Position numbers and translations under genes: made by a program. Of a stretch of 64,000 nt of DNA, positions 28,128 through 41,799 are shown piece after piece (positions within the stretch are counted from its first letter, which is position 1; the number at the start of each line of letters is the position of its first letter). The stretch is from Eledone cirrhosa. Lineage: Eukaryota. The notes beneath the pieces were generated by a model that was given only the letters and a program-made list of their open reading frames with translations, was not told the origin of the DNA and did not search any database. Where the stretch lies: NCBI GenBank assembly GCA_964016885.1, contig OZ024740.1:64232001-64296000 (forward strand), written 5' to 3'.

Positions 28128-29383
28128 TCAGGATTTATATTCCTGTTGGTGTTCGCTTGATGAACTTTTGGTCGTGATATTATATTTGGTTTCGTTATGT
28201 ATTTTGTCCTATTTTTGGTATTCTGTATATTATTTTTCTTCCTGTTAGCATTATTTTTAACAATCTGGGGAAATGACCTAGGTTTGCTTTCGGGTTTAGA
28301 TCGTTTTTTCGTCCAGTTTCTTGTGGGCAATCTCTGTTGAGATCTTGAGAGTGATCTGGTTATTCTACGTTTTGTTTCCACATTCCTTGTTGGTAGTCTC
28401 TGTTGAGATCTTGAGAATGATCTCCTGGTTTTACTACTTCTCATGGTCTGGTCAAAGGAATACCTATCGTGTTTGTGCTTTTTGTTCATGTTGTGTGCGA
28501 TAGGGTGTTTTTGTAGAAAAAGCGAAGAGTTATTACCGTAGTTCTTCTTTGATTCAAGGTAAGGTGAGTGTTTGTGTTGGCACGTGTTCTGGCGTATGTT
28601 GTGTTGATGAGATTGTCCACTTTTAATGCTTTTTCTCAGGGTTCCAGAGTCTTTACTGTAATTTGCAGCATATTCATCGAGAAATAATTGTTTCTGCTGC
28701 CATACCTTTCTTGATTTGTTTTCTTCTTTTGAGATATCTCCGATCCATAGTTCTCGTAGTTTTTCAGCTATAATACCAGTCGTTAGCTTTGAAATTTCAA
28801 CTTCAATTTGGTCATCAATAGCTTCATATTTGGCTTTGTAGCGGGATTGTTTACATTCAGAAATGGAGATGTCGGTCCTGAATTTTGTCAATGTAAGTTC
28901 CCATCGGAGTTTTGTTTCTTCTTCTGGTTCTCCTGCAATTTCTGTAATTAGGCATTTACGAGGGAGTATGGGTGCCGTTAGAGAGAGCCATTTCGAATGT
29001 GTTTCGACATATTTTTCGCCTCTGTATGCTTTCCAGAAATTTTGTTTTCTTATGTTAAGGAATTTTTTCCATGTCTTCCACATTTCTTTTCTTATTCGAT
29101 GTGTTTTGTTTTCCAAATTTCTTTCGTTTATTTCTGACATCCAAGGGGGTTGTGGTAGGCTTTCTCTTGTATCTTTGATAACTGTTGGTATAATTTCAGC
29201 TAAATTCTTAATTTCAGAGTTTATATGTTCAGTTATAAGTTTTCCGTCTGTAGATTGTTTTTCTATTTCCTTTAAAATAGAGGATTGTGTGTCCATCATC
29301 GTGATAAGTGTTGATAATTTCGATGATATCTCCTTTAGAATTCTTTCTGATTCTGTTGGTTTCATTTGTTGCTTTCCAGACAT
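28034..29383 (-). CDS. PLE upstream ORF (449 aa; probably helical/coiled-coil N-half, basic R/K/S-rich C-half)
   Basis: Intact ORF between the 5' pLTR and RT; overlaps the RT frame; contains duplicated RSxSRSQQRLPTRN. Confidence 0.75.
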   Translation of the reverse strand: MSGKQQMKPTESERILKEISSKLSTLITMMDTQSSILKEIEKQSTDGKLITEHINSEIKNLAEIIPTVIKDTRESLPQPPWMSEINERNLENKTHRIRKEMWKTWKKFLNIRKQNFWKAYRGEKYVETHSKWLSLTAPILPRKCLITEIAGEPEEETKLRWELTLTKFRTDISISECKQSRYKAKYEAIDDQIEVEISKLTTGIIAEKLRELWIGDISKEENKSRKVWQQKQLFLDEYAANYSKDSGTLRKSIKSGQSHQHNIRQNTCQHKHSPYLESKKNYGNNSSLFLQKHPIAHNMNKKHKHDRYSFDQTMRSSKTRRSFSRSQQRLPTRNVETKRRITRSLSRSQQRLPTRNWTKKRSKPESKPRSFPQIVKNNANRKKNNIQNTKNRTKYITKPNIISRPKVHQANTNRNINPEQRKIHFLTSGQQKPEKEKLQEETYPKQLYT

Positions 29384-29783
29384 GTTGGCATATACACAAT
29401 AGGAATATATATATAGATATAGATAGGTAAATATACACGGGTGTGTATGATTGTGTATAGAAGATTATATTAATAAGAGGAATTCCAACTTTGTCTGATT
29501 TACTCGTTTTATTTATATCATTTAAAATATATATAATGGTATTATAATGAAATAGTATGATAGAATATTAAATTCTAAGTGTTAATTGAACAAGTACTTT
29601 CATGCTTTCGCAATCTTCAGGTTCATGATATGTGGTGACAGTCGAGTTTGCAATTTTCAACTGTAATGAGATGGGTACATTTCCTACCTTTTATATATTT
29701 TATACAGAGAAAAGTGGCTCCAGAATGCAAAGCCCTGTAAACTGTATTTCGACCAATATATTTATATATATATATACGCCTTC

Positions 29784-29897
<114 letters not shown>

Positions 29898-29905
29898 GTG
29901 AAGGC

Positions 29906-29972
<67 letters not shown>

Positions 29973-30235
29973 TCGAAATACAGTTTACAGGGCTTTGCAT
30001 TCTGGAGCCACTTTTCTCTGTATAAAATATATAAAAGGTAGGAAATTTACCCATCTCATTACAGTTGAAAATTGCAAACTCGACTGTCACCACATATCAT
30101 GAACCTGAAGATTGCGAAAGCATGAAAGTACTTGTTCAATTAACACTTAGAATATAATATTCTATCATAGTATTTCATATATATATATATATATATATAT
30201 GAAATAGTATGATAGAATATTATATTCTCTCTCTC

Positions 30236-30304
<69 letters not shown>

Positions 30305-30308
<4 letters not shown>

Positions 30309-32072
30309 GTGAGGTTTTTTTTACAAAATGAAAAATAACCGAGGTGTCCTACACGAGTGGAAGTATAAAGAAAAAGGGATGAAATCGAAAATGCAACTGA
30401 AGTCTTATTTTTTTAAAAAATATATATATTTATTTGGTTCCTTTACCGGTTTCGCAGTTCTTCTGCTTTTCAAAAGGTGAGTTGAGATGGAGGGTCTGTG
30501 GTTTTTCTCACATCTGGTTGGTCTCTAAATGTTACTTGTTTTATATGGAAAAAGTGGCTCGAAAGCCAGGTTTTTCGAGAAGTAATTTGATTGGTTTGTC
30601 AATAATTATAATAAATTTCGCGCCAGTTCGCGTTACAATAGTTCTTCAAATAAGAGAGGGGGGGGGGGGGGGGTTATCACAGGTTGTTTTTTCATATATG
30701 AGTGTTTGAATTTCTTTTTACTTGAAAAAATGAGGCTCACGAAGGCTTTTTTTTGGTTGGTTATAAATGAAATTTGGCTGTCACGTGAACAAGTTTTCAT
30801 TACATTTTTGCGCCCTTATTTGGAAAACTATTCTGTAGTCTTTATAGTGAATCTTATGACAATGGAGAGATAGTGGTCAAGGGAAAAGGGATTGGGAGAA
30901 ATGTTCTGGTTCAGTGAATATGGCCAGCTGTCAGAGTTCAGGTGTCAGAGTTCAGATTTTCTATTGAGACTGAAGATATGTGTTTATTTGTGTGCTTGTG
31001 TGTGTGTATATATGTGTGTGTGTGTGTATGTGTGTATTGGAAGATGATTCTATTAGTAGAGATGGGGGAGGGAGTTGTGTGTGTGTGTATATGGGTGTTA
31101 TGTGTGTGTGTGCGAGTATGTTAAGATGGAGAGAATATATATTTTGTGTGTGTGTATATATATATGTGTGTAGGAAAGTGGTTCTATTAGTAGAAATGGG
31201 GAGGGAGTTGTAGGGTGTGGGGGTTGTTATATGTGTATATGGGTGTTATGTGTGTGGGAGTATGGTTGGCATGTTAAGATGAAGAGAATATATATATATA
31301 TATATTGTGTGTGTGTGTATGTGTGTGTGTAGGAAAGTGATTCCTTTAGTAGGAAGATGATTCTATTAGTAGAGATGGGGGAGGGAGTTGTGTGTGTGTG
31401 TATATGGGTGTTATGTGTGTGTGTGTATATGGGTGTTATGTGTGTGTGTGCGAGTATGTTAAGATGGAGAGAATATATATTTTGTGTGTGTGTATATATA
31501 TATATGTGTGTAGGAAAGTGGTTCTATTAGTAGAAATGGGGAGGGAGTTGTAAGTGTGGGGGTTGTTATGTGTGTGTATGGGTGTTATGTGTGTGGGAGT
31601 ATGGTTAGCATGTTAAGATGAACAGAATATATATATATATATATATATATATTGTGTGTGTGTGTATGTGTGTGTGTAGGAAAGTGATTCCTTTAGTAGG
31701 AATATTTTTGAATGAACATATTTTCCTGACTTTTTCGTGTTTGCTGTTGTATTGCCAGTGCAAACGTATGTTAAGGTTTATTTAGTTCGGGTTTTTATTT
31801 TCTAAAGTAGAAGGTGTTATGTGTGTGTGTGTATGTCATATTGTGGTGTTGACATAATGTATATTAAACCTTATTTAATGTTGGTCTATATTTTTGAATA
31901 AACATATTTTCCTTATTTATTCGCATTTGTTCTGTTGTATTGTTAGCGCAAAGGTAAAATGGGAAGACTTGGAATTTGGGTGTCTTATTACTTGCGCAAA
32001 TGTCTAGATGTGCACTTAGTGGTATCTGTCTCGTGGTTGGATCTCGTAATTGTTGGCTGTTTTCTCTCCTAA
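30305..32072 (-). mobile_element. 5'-truncated PLE (GIY-YIG C-terminus plus long 3'UTR), second Neptune-like family
   Basis: QQLRDPTTRQIPLSAHLDIC...FPFY...YRPTLN is homologous to the end of the 25.8-kb ORF. Has an internal ~310-bp duplication at 31040-31700. Confidence 0.8.
30440..30477 (-). ncRNA. Variant hammerhead (UUGAAAA core); copy at 41312-41349 plus
   Basis: cctt-TTGAAAA-gcag aagaa ctgc-GAAA-ccgg-TA-aagg. Confidence 0.6.
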
Positions 32073-32490
32073 CCACATATATCTCTCTCTACATTAATAC
32101 TAGAACTAAATAAATAAATAAATAAATAAATATATCATTGATACGTCATTCAACTGGTGCCCAACTACCTATTTTCTTTCTCTCTATCTCTCTCTATTTT
32201 TTCTCTCTCTCTCTCTTCTCTCTCTCTCTCTATCTATCTCCCTCTGTGTTTTTTCCTCTCTCTATATATCTCTCTCTGTTTCTTTACATGAATTTCTTCT
32301 CTCTATCTATCTCTCTATATCTATCTCTCTCTATTTAGTTGCATGCATTTCTTCTTTTTCTTCGTTTTTTCTTTCTTTCTTTCTTTTTATAACTGTCCCT
32401 AATATTTTTCACTACCAAATCAACTTTTTAAATGGAAGTTGAAGTTGAAAGGTATGTCAAATCTATCTATTTATAAGACTGTTTATATTG

Positions 32491-32685
32491 TATTTTGTCT
32501 GAAGAAGACATAACATATTTTTAATATGATATCCCTGAAATATATATAATGAAATAAATATGGTTTTATAAATATAGTTTCCATTTATTTAATATCGTAA
32601 ATATACTCCAAATACTTGTTGAGTGCTTTTATATCAGTTATAAATATTTACTCGTTGTAACCCAACAATTTAAATAAAACTTTGC
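32491..32685 (+). mobile_element. PLE pLTR remnant with degenerate hammerhead; tail related to 54610-54695
   Basis: tattttgt-CTGAAGA-...-GAAA-tatata-TA-atgaaata, followed by a tail ending at (TA)n. Confidence 0.5.
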
Positions 32686-32708
32686 ATATATATATATATA
32701 TATATATA

Positions 32709-32826
32709 GAAGTGAAGGCTGAGTGGTTAGAGAATTGGATTCACAATCTTGAGGTTGTGAGTTTGATTCCTGGACCGGGCGATGCGTTATGTCCTTGAGC
32801 AAGACACTTTATTTCACGTTGCTCCT
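32709..32826 (+). mobile_element. 5' part of a second tRNA-derived SINE family
   Basis: GGCTGAGTGGTTAG A box, GAGTTTGATTCC B box, then gtccttgagcaagacacttt. Confidence 0.7.
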
Positions 32827-33147
32827 TCTACCTGGAGTTGCGACCGATAGATAGTACTAGCAACTGGAAAGACCAACGGAAACATTGTTTTCTCGGTCCG
32901 ATTTGACGAAAGTCGATCGAGTAAAAAAATATATATATATAGAGAGAGAGAGGCAGAACACTGAAAGGTAATATCCGTAGTGGTAGAGCACTCAGCCCAT
33001 GGGACGAGTTTGCTAGAAGTAGTAACACAACAGTTAATTCACCATACCTTAGCGGATATTCACCTCGTACTCAGTACGAGCTGAAGATCCGGTAAGATGA
33101 AACAATTGTTTGTTCTCGGGATTGTGAACTAACTGTTGTGTTACTAC

Positions 33148-33202
<55 letters not shown>

Positions 33203-33252
33203 TAATGAAATGACAGGAGGCTGGATTTGTGTAAATCCTTGAATGGTTTATT

Positions 33253-33310
33253 ATACTATGATCATTTCAATGACCGGGTTCCGTATGAATCCGGTGATAT
33301 CATCAGGTAT
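33253..33310 (-). ncRNA. Type I hammerhead ribozyme (truncated inverted copy at ~24990-25040)
   Basis: atac-CTGATGA-helix II accgg/ccggt-GAAA-tgatca-TA-gtat. Confidence 0.75.
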
Positions 33311-33504
33311 TCGAAATATAATGCGTGAATGTAATAGATAAAATCCATGGGGCTGAAAATCGAGGACCCGAGGGCGACCGCTATCTTGCACCCTCTACCT
33401 TAGCCGGTCGGCCTCGAGTTGAGTACGTTGAGTACTCTCTATATTACTACATTACGATTGACCATATGGAATAGACCAGCTCTATTTAGTGGTGAACCTC
33501 AGAC

Positions 33505-33555
<51 letters not shown>

Positions 33556-33563
33556 TACATATA

Positions 33564-35590
33564 TAGGTCCTCCTCATTTAACGATCTACTCGTTTAACGA
33601 TCTCTCGGAGTTACGAACAACTTCATGAATTACATATATTAGTTTAACAAAAACCTCACGAAATTACGGTTCGTTGACTCGTTAATAATATATTCGCTCA
33701 ACGACAATATCTCGCAGTTACGATCCGCAGAGAACAGTGACAGCACAGTTGTGAGTGAAAGTGAACGCAGTTGTGTACGATAAATTTGGCTGAGGCAACC
33801 GGCAGTGCTGAGCAGCCTCCAGCTCATCAACTTTCGCAGCGTCATTCGAGTGTATCCACTGAACACAAGAAGTTACCAAGTATTTTTTCGTTTCGATACC
33901 GTTATATCCCTCAAGATGTCAGCAAAAAGACTACACCAGGACCCAAGAAGTCAAGGAAATCCATTGATATAGAAACAAAGCTGAAGATCATCAAACAATA
34001 TGAAGAAAGAGGTGAAGTGAACGCAATTGGCAAGTTCTACTATATCTACCATCCTCAAGGACAAAGAACGAGTGAAGGAGATGGCCAAGAACACAACGGG
34101 ATGCAATGCTTTGATAACAAGACAGCGAAAATGAGAAATGGAGAAATTGTTGGCCATGTGGTTTGATGACCAAATAGCCAAAAGGAATGCTAATGAGTCT
34201 TCATATTATTCAAAGCAAGGCGCGCAGCATTTTTTAGAAACTCAAGTCACGTGAGGGAGACGAGTGTACTGAAACGTTTACGGCAAGCCACGGTTGGTTC
34301 CAGCAATTTCGTCGTCGATTTAATTTGCATAACCGTCGTATTACTGGTGAAGCAGCAAGTGCTGATACGGAAGCAGCAAAAACATTCCTCGATGTTTTAG
34401 ACAAGATTATCGAGGAAGGAGACTATCGCCCGGAACAAATTTTCAGTGTCGACGAAACTGGCCTCTTTTTGAAAAAAATGCCTGAAAGAACGTATCTTCA
34501 CACAGAGGCTAAAAGTATGCCCGGCTTCAAGGCATTCAAAGATAGAGTGACGTTGCTTTCAGGCGGAAATGTTGCGGAGTATAAGTTGAAACCATTTTTC
34601 ATTTATCGTTCCCAAACCCCACGTGCATTAAAGAACGTGAACAAACACACGCTGCCAGTGTTTTATCGGGCAAACAACAAGGCATGGATGACGCAATCTT
34701 TGTTCGAGGACTGGTTCATCAACTGCTTTATACCTGCAGCCAGGGAATACTGCCTTGGAAACAACATTCCCTTCAATATTCTACTTCTCCTCGATAATGC
34801 CCCAGGTCACCCCCAACATATTGATGACCTGCATCCTAATGTTAAAGTAGTGTATCTGCCCCAAAATACGACGTCAATTCTTCAACCAATGGACCAGGGG
34901 GTGATATCTACTTTCAAGGCGTATTATTTACGAACTACTTTTACACAGACAGTAACAGCAACGGAGGATGATGTAATGGATCTTCGTGAATTTTGGAAAG
35001 ATTTTAATATTGCCAACTGCATCAAGAACATCGACGGAGATTGGTGGGACGTGAGTGAAAAATGTATGAAAGGTGTATGGAAAAAGTGCTTCAAAAGGTT
35101 TGTTAATAATTTTGAAGGTTTTGATAAAAATTCTGATTTTGAAGTGATAAGTAATAAAATTGTTGGTCTTGCTCAAAAGTTGCGGTTGGAAGTGGATGCG
35201 CAAGATGTGGAAAATTTAGTGAACTTTGTTGAAGGAGAGTTGACTGAGGAAGATTTAATAGAGTTGGAAGAAGCAGCAGAACAACCAGATGAGGGACAGA
35301 AACAGTTCACTGTTAGGGGCTTGGCGGAAGTATTCACGCATATGTGTAAGGCGATGTCAGGATTGGAGGCAATGGATCCTAACATTGAACGCTTGGTAAC
35401 ATTTCAAAGACATTTGGAAGATGGACTACGTTGCTATCGTGAAATGTATGATGAGAAAAAAAAGCAAACAAAACTGTCATCTATGCTGAGCTTTCTGGTG
35501 AAAACTCCGACTCCAACCCCACATACATACATGATGGCTGCCCCCTCGTTATCGAGTATGGCCATTGCACGAGAAGAAAGGAAAAAAAAA
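33564..35590 (+). mobile_element. Tigger/pogo DNA transposon with frameshifted transposase; right end missing
   Basis: TIR-like aggtcctcctcatttaacga after TA; HTH RKSIDIETKLKIIK; FTASHGWF; DDE motifs VDETGLF, LLDNAPGHP and QPMDQGVI. Confidence 0.9.
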
Positions 35591-35869
35591 AAAAAAGTAA
35601 ATAAATGAAAAAAAAAAGAAATATATATATATATATATATACATACACACATATATACATACACACATACATACACATACACACACACATATATACACAC
35701 ACACACATACATTAATAACAACAATAATAATAATAATAATAATAATAGCAATAATAATAATAACGACAACAACAATAATAATATACATATTCATATATAT
35801 ACACACACACACGCACGCACATAAGCATATCTACACACACACACACACACACACGATAACAACTAACAG

Positions 35870-38800
35870 TGCTGCGATCGAATGTGGCTTTTTAGCCCAG
35901 CCAATGATCTACAATGTCTTGCACAGAGTCAGCAACCAAAACATTCACTGGGAATAGTCGCCTGTGGTTGGAGTTCGTGTACTTTTGCATGTCGCTTGAG
36001 CCCTCCTGCTGATTTACATTCTCTACCACATGTTTGGCAAGCATGATGAGTAGCATCTCCAACAGCAGCCTGGTAGTCAACCACTGGTCTTACTTTATGA
36101 CTGCGAAGATGACTTTCGAGTCCAGCTTTGCTTAGGCAGAGTCTCGCACATACGCTGCATGACAGCACCATAGGAGGACCCTCGCCGTCTGGAAGTGCAA
36201 CAGCAATGCCCTTCCTCACATCCCGCTTTACTTTCTCGTATGCGATGCGAGATGCCTCAAAGGCAACTTTTCCCTCATATACACTCTTTCTCCATTTATT
36301 ACGATCAGCAGCAATATTTTCCCATGTATCAGCAGAGATGTTAGCGTCTTTCAGAGAGGCTTTCAAGGAATCCTTATACCTCTTTTTTGGTTTATGTGGC
36401 GGTCGTTTTCCTTTAACCAACTCTCCATAGAAGAGTTGTTTTGGTATTCTAGAATACTTCATCCTGGCAAGGTGACCACTCCAACGGAGTCGTTGCTTAA
36501 GCACAAGAGCTTCTATACTGTCACACATAGAGCTTTCCAAAATCTCGACATCACTGATGTGGTCCCTCCAGTGAACGCCATGGATCCGTCTGAGACACAT
36601 CTGATGGAAACGCTCCAATTGCTTAAGGTGGTGTCGATATGTGACCCAGGTCTCGCAGGCATAAAGAAGACTAGAGAGTACACATGCCCTGTACACCTTT
36701 ACCTTTGTCCTCCTGCATATGTCTCGCCGACCCCAGAGTCGCCTTTCTAGCTTTCCGAAAGCATCACTTGCTTTCCTAATCCTAAGTGAGATTTCACTGT
36801 CAAGGTTGCCGTATCGATTGACAGTGCTTCCCAGGTAGACAAACTGATCAACCACTCCAAGTCGTTTGCCATACACATAGATGTTTGGTTCAGTGTACTG
36901 CTTACCAGGGGCAGGTTGGTACATGACGACGGTTTTCTTGAGACTGACAGTCAAACCCAGGGCAGTGCAGGCGTCAGAAAATGCATTCAAAATGTGCTGC
37001 ATATCACTCTCTGTGTGCACTACAAGATCGCAATCATCTGCATACAAGAGGTCTCTTATGATCGATGTAAACACCTTTGTCCTCGCAGCAAAGCGCCTGA
37101 TGTTAAATATGCTGCCTGAGGTTCGATATCGGATGTAAACACCATGCTCGCAATTCCTGAATGCAATACAGAAAACCATTGCAAAGTATATGGCAAACAG
37201 GGTCGGTGCTGGAATATCCCCCTGTTTCACTCCATTTTTTACTGAGATAGGCTCCGACATGTTACCTCCGACATTAACCCAAGCCTTCATGTCGTCATGG
37301 AAAGACCTAACTAAAGCAAGGAACTTATCAGGGCAACCAAGTTTCTGGAGAACCTTCCATAATGCCTCTCTGTTGACAGTATCGAAAGCCTTTGTCAGAT
37401 CGACAAAAACCTGATACAGATCCAAGCCTTGTTCAATGCACTTCTCCTGGAGCTGTCTAGCTGAGAAGATCATATCAGTAGTGCCGCGTCCAGCACGAAA
37501 ACCAGATTGACTTTCAGGAAGAACACAATCTGCAATGTGTGTCAGCAGACGGTCCAGAAGCACCCTACATAAAACTTTCCCTACGACAGAAAGCAATGAT
37601 ATACCTCTGTAGTTCCCACAATCGTTCCTGTTACCCTTTCCCTTGTACAAGACCACCATTACTGCATCTCTCCAGTCCTCAGGTACGGATTCATTAGCCC
37701 ATATCCTTCCAAACAAAGAGTGAAGATGTTGCAGGAGTCTCTCACCACCATATTGTAGGAGCTCAGCATGTATGCCATCCATACCTGGAGATCTTCCACC
37801 GTTCAGCTTCGAAATAGCCACTGCAACCTCCATAAGCGTCGGGGGTTCTGCGAGAGCTACTTTCACAGGACTTTCTGGAATGAGATTGAGGAAATCTTCA
37901 CTGACGACAGACGGCTGATTCAAAAGATCATCAAACTGCTCTCGCCACCTTCGTAGAATTCCCTGTGAGTCACGAAGAAGTTCTTTGCCATCCTTGCTGC
38001 GAAGCGGTGTCACTAGAGAAGAAGACGGTCCATAAACCTCATGCAAGAGACTGTACAACAGCTTTGTGTTATTGGAATCAGACGCAGTTTGTATCTCACC
38101 AGCCTTCTCACTCCACCACTGATCCTTCATCTGAGAAAGACTCCGCCTAACACGTGATTTTACATCCCTGAGCTCCTCATGCAACGTATTCCTCTCCTGT
38201 GGTTTTGCCGTCAAATAGCGTGACAGAGCACGCCTCTTATCAGCCAACAAGTCTTCTATATGTACATCATTCTCATTAAACCAGTCCTGATGTTTTCTCT
38301 GCACCAATCCCAGAACACGCCTGCCTACATCATAAACTGACTTTTTAAGGGTCGGCCAATCCTCACCAAGATCTGCAGCCTGCATCTCTTCTTCCAATGT
38401 CCTCTTCACATTTTTATCCTTAAGACGAGCAGCATTCAATATTTTGGGCAGGGTAACACCAGGAGCCCGGATTTTACGTTTGGTTATTAGTTTCACTTTT
38501 GCGCGTACCAGGCGGTGGTCCGTCCAGCACTCAGCTCCACGAAGAACACGAACACACTGCACATCCTGTCTGTCACGCATCCTGACTAGGACGTAGTCCA
38601 AAAGATGCCATTCCTTAGATGCAGGATGCATCCATGTGGTCTTGAATTTGTTCTTTTGTTGGAACATGGTGTTGGTAACACACAGATCCAGCTCCTCACA
38701 CATCTGCAGCAGGAGCATACCATTGCTGTTACACTTTCCCACCCCATACCTTCCGATTAGATTCCATGTGTTAAAATCCCTACCCACTCTAGCATTAAAG

Positions 38801-39765
38801 TCACCAAGCACGATGACTTTGTCTGCCTGAGGGATATTTCTTAGAACACCTTTCAAGGCATGGTAAAAGGACAGTTTTTCTTCATCGACAGAATTCATAG
38901 TTGGAGCATACACACTCACCAGGGTAGCATATCTTCCTTTGTCCAGCGGAACTCTCATGGACATAAGACGCTCACTAATCCCTACTGGGAATTCTTCTAA
39001 TTTATTCACAAGTACAGTCTTAACAGCAAATCCTACCCCAGCCTCTCTTCTGGTTCCTTCATCTCTTCCTTTCCAGAAGAATGTATATTCTCCACAAAAT
39101 TCCGTAAGATGACCATCTCCAGCTAACCTCGTGTCAGATAAAGCCACGATGTCAAGATCGTAACGTCGAAGCTCCTTTGCAACAAGAGCGGTCCTTCGTT
39201 TAGGACGCTCCAAGGAATCCCTGTCAAGCAGCGTCCGTACGTTCCAGCAGCCAAGACTAAATGCCTTGTTTGGCTCTATTACAATGGCACGATGACGAGC
39301 GGGCCCATGCTGTGATAACTCGGGGCCCCTGTCCTTATTGCCAATGATCTTTTTTGTTCCAGAACCTAAATTGCCAATTATCTCTTTTACATTGTTCTGG
39401 AACATCATTGAATTGGGAAAAAAAACCAAAAAAGTAATAATAATAGTAATAATAATAATAATAATAGTAGTACACTATTAATAATTATTAATGCACTCGT
39501 GCAATGCCTGTGCGTGACGAATATTTTTAAAGTGAGGAAAGACTGTGCACTGAGCCAATCCCACTCTCTGAGCGACAGTAGCTATAACCCGAAAAGAAGA
39601 AAAGATCAACATCATCGGTAACTACTGAGCCGCAGGTTTTATATCGGAGTTAACCCATTTTCCTGAGATGCCTTCTCCTAGAAGAATGCCCTGACAAGGG
39701 CTAGGGGTTCTTCACTCCCAGTGGTTTAACTGCGCGATCGGGCATCCAGCCCGAATATTTCTATG
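35870..39765 (-). mobile_element. RTE-clade (BovB-like) LINE, near full length
   Basis: Long open frame with APE, RT and two C2H2 fingers; RTE-like 5'UTR at ~39480-39765. Confidence 0.9.
35929..39290 (-). CDS. RTE ORF: APE endonuclease-RT-C2H2 zinc fingers (true start uncertain)
   Basis: WNVRTL, GDFNA, TDH, YRGISLL, DLTKAFD, GVKQG, YADD and CxxC..HxxxH twice; no stop codons. Confidence 0.9.
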
Positions 39766-39912
39766 TCCCCGCGCAAAAAAAAACAAAAAAAACAAAAAAA
39801 AACTCACTTATTGACACTTATACGTACGACATACACACACACGCATACATATGCGCGCACACAGCAACACATACATACAAACAAACACACACACACGCTA
39901 CTCTACTCACTT

Positions 39913-39994
<82 letters not shown>

Positions 39995-40380
39995 CCGTCA
40001 TTACTGATACAAGATTACAAGATTATGTCAACTGTTGACTTTCAAGAGTTTGTATAGTTGAAGCTGATCGTATTACAGTCCAGTATTATTATAATTGCTT
40101 TACAGCATGGAGTTATGGCTCCCCAGGCTCTGAGCTCAAATACATACATACCAAATATCTGTAGTACTGTAATATGATGTGTATTGTGCAAATAGCTTAT
40201 CATACAAGAGAGAAAATAAAAAGATAACATGAAAATATATTGCCGAGTGTTAAAGAGAGAAGCTATTCGGTGTCAAAAGGTATCCTAGCTTCGAAAACCT
40301 TGAAATCCACAGTTAAAACAAAAAGTAAGGCTTTAATATACTTTATAAAGAAAAGCTATAGTGCTGTGTATAACATAGGA

Positions 40381-41418
40381 TTTTTCGTGTTTGCTGTTGT
40401 ATTGCCAGCAAACACGAAAAAGTCAGGAAAATATGTTCATTCAAAAATATTCCTACTAAAGGAATCACTTTCCTACACACACACATACACACACACACAA
40501 TATATATATATATTCTCTTCATCTTAACATGCTAACCATACTCCCACACACATAACACCCATACACACACATAACAACCCCCACACCTACAACTCCCTCC
40601 CATTTCTACTAATAGAACCACTTTCCTACACACATATATATATACACACACACAAAATATATATTCTCTCCATCTTAACATACTCGCACACACACACACA
40701 TAACACCCATATACACACACACACAACTCCCTCCCCCATCTCTACTAATAGAAATATCTTCCAATACACACATACACACACACACACACATACACACACA
40801 CAAGCACACAAATAAACACATATCTTCAGTCTCAATAGAAAATCTGAACTCTGACACCTGAACTCTGACAGCTGGCCATATTCACTGAACCAGAACATTT
40901 CTCCCAATCCCTTTTCCCTTGACCACTATCTCTCCATTGTCATAAGATTCACTATAAAGACTACAGAATAGTTTTCCAAATAAGGGCGCAAAAATGTAAT
41001 GAAAACTTGTTCACGTGACAGCAAAATTTCATTTATAACCAACCAAAAAAAGCCTTTGTGAGCCTCATTTTTTCAAGTAAAAAGAAATTCAAACACTCAT
41101 ATATGAAAAAACAACCTGTGACAACCCCCCCTCTCTTATTTGAAGAACTATTGTAACGCGAACTGGCGCGAAACTTATTATAATTATTGACAAACCAATC
41201 AAATTACTTCTCGAAAAACCTGGCTTTCGAGCCACTTTTTCCATATAAAACAAGTAACATTCAGAGACCAACCAGATGTGAGAAAAACCACAGACCCTCC
41301 ATCTCAACTCACCTTTTGAAAAGCAGAAGAACTGCGAAACCGGTAAAGGAACCAAATAAATATATATATTTAAAAAAAAAAAAAGACTTCAGTTGCATTT
41401 TCGATTTCATCTCTTTTT

Positions 41419-41422
<4 letters not shown>
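40381..41422 (+). mobile_element. 3'UTR-only copy of the 30.3-32.1 kb PLE, inverted, with 5' fold-back
   Basis: Reverse complement of ~30365-31760 without the internal duplication; ttttcgtgtttgctg/cagcaaacacgaaaa hairpin at the 5' junction. Confidence 0.85.
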
Positions 41423-41456
<34 letters not shown>

Positions 41457-41470
41457 GCAAGTATGTATAT

Positions 41471-41650
41471 ATGTATACGTACATACATATATGTATACAG
41501 ACGTACAGTAGTATGTATATATATATATACATACATGCACTCATATATATATGCACGTATCGGTTTACCGAACATTTATTTACCGAGCATGTATGTATAT
41601 ATATACATACTACTGTACGTCTGTATACATATATGTATGTACGTATACAT
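41471..41650. repeat. Fold-back inverted repeat (~55-bp arms)
   Basis: atgtatacgtacatacatatatgtatacagacgtacagtagtatgta and its reverse complement. Confidence 0.75.
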
Positions 41651-41731
41651 ACATACATTCATACTCACATTTATGTAAGTACCGTACTAAGAGTGAGAAA
41701 TGAAATTTCGTTTCATTCTATTCCATATATA

Positions 41732-41776
<45 letters not shown>

Positions 41777-41799
<23 letters not shown>

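Noticed and set aside
39290-39429. N-terminal ~45 codons of the 1166-aa RTE ORF
   Set aside because: They probably come from chance read-through of an unrelated insert with a small palindrome.
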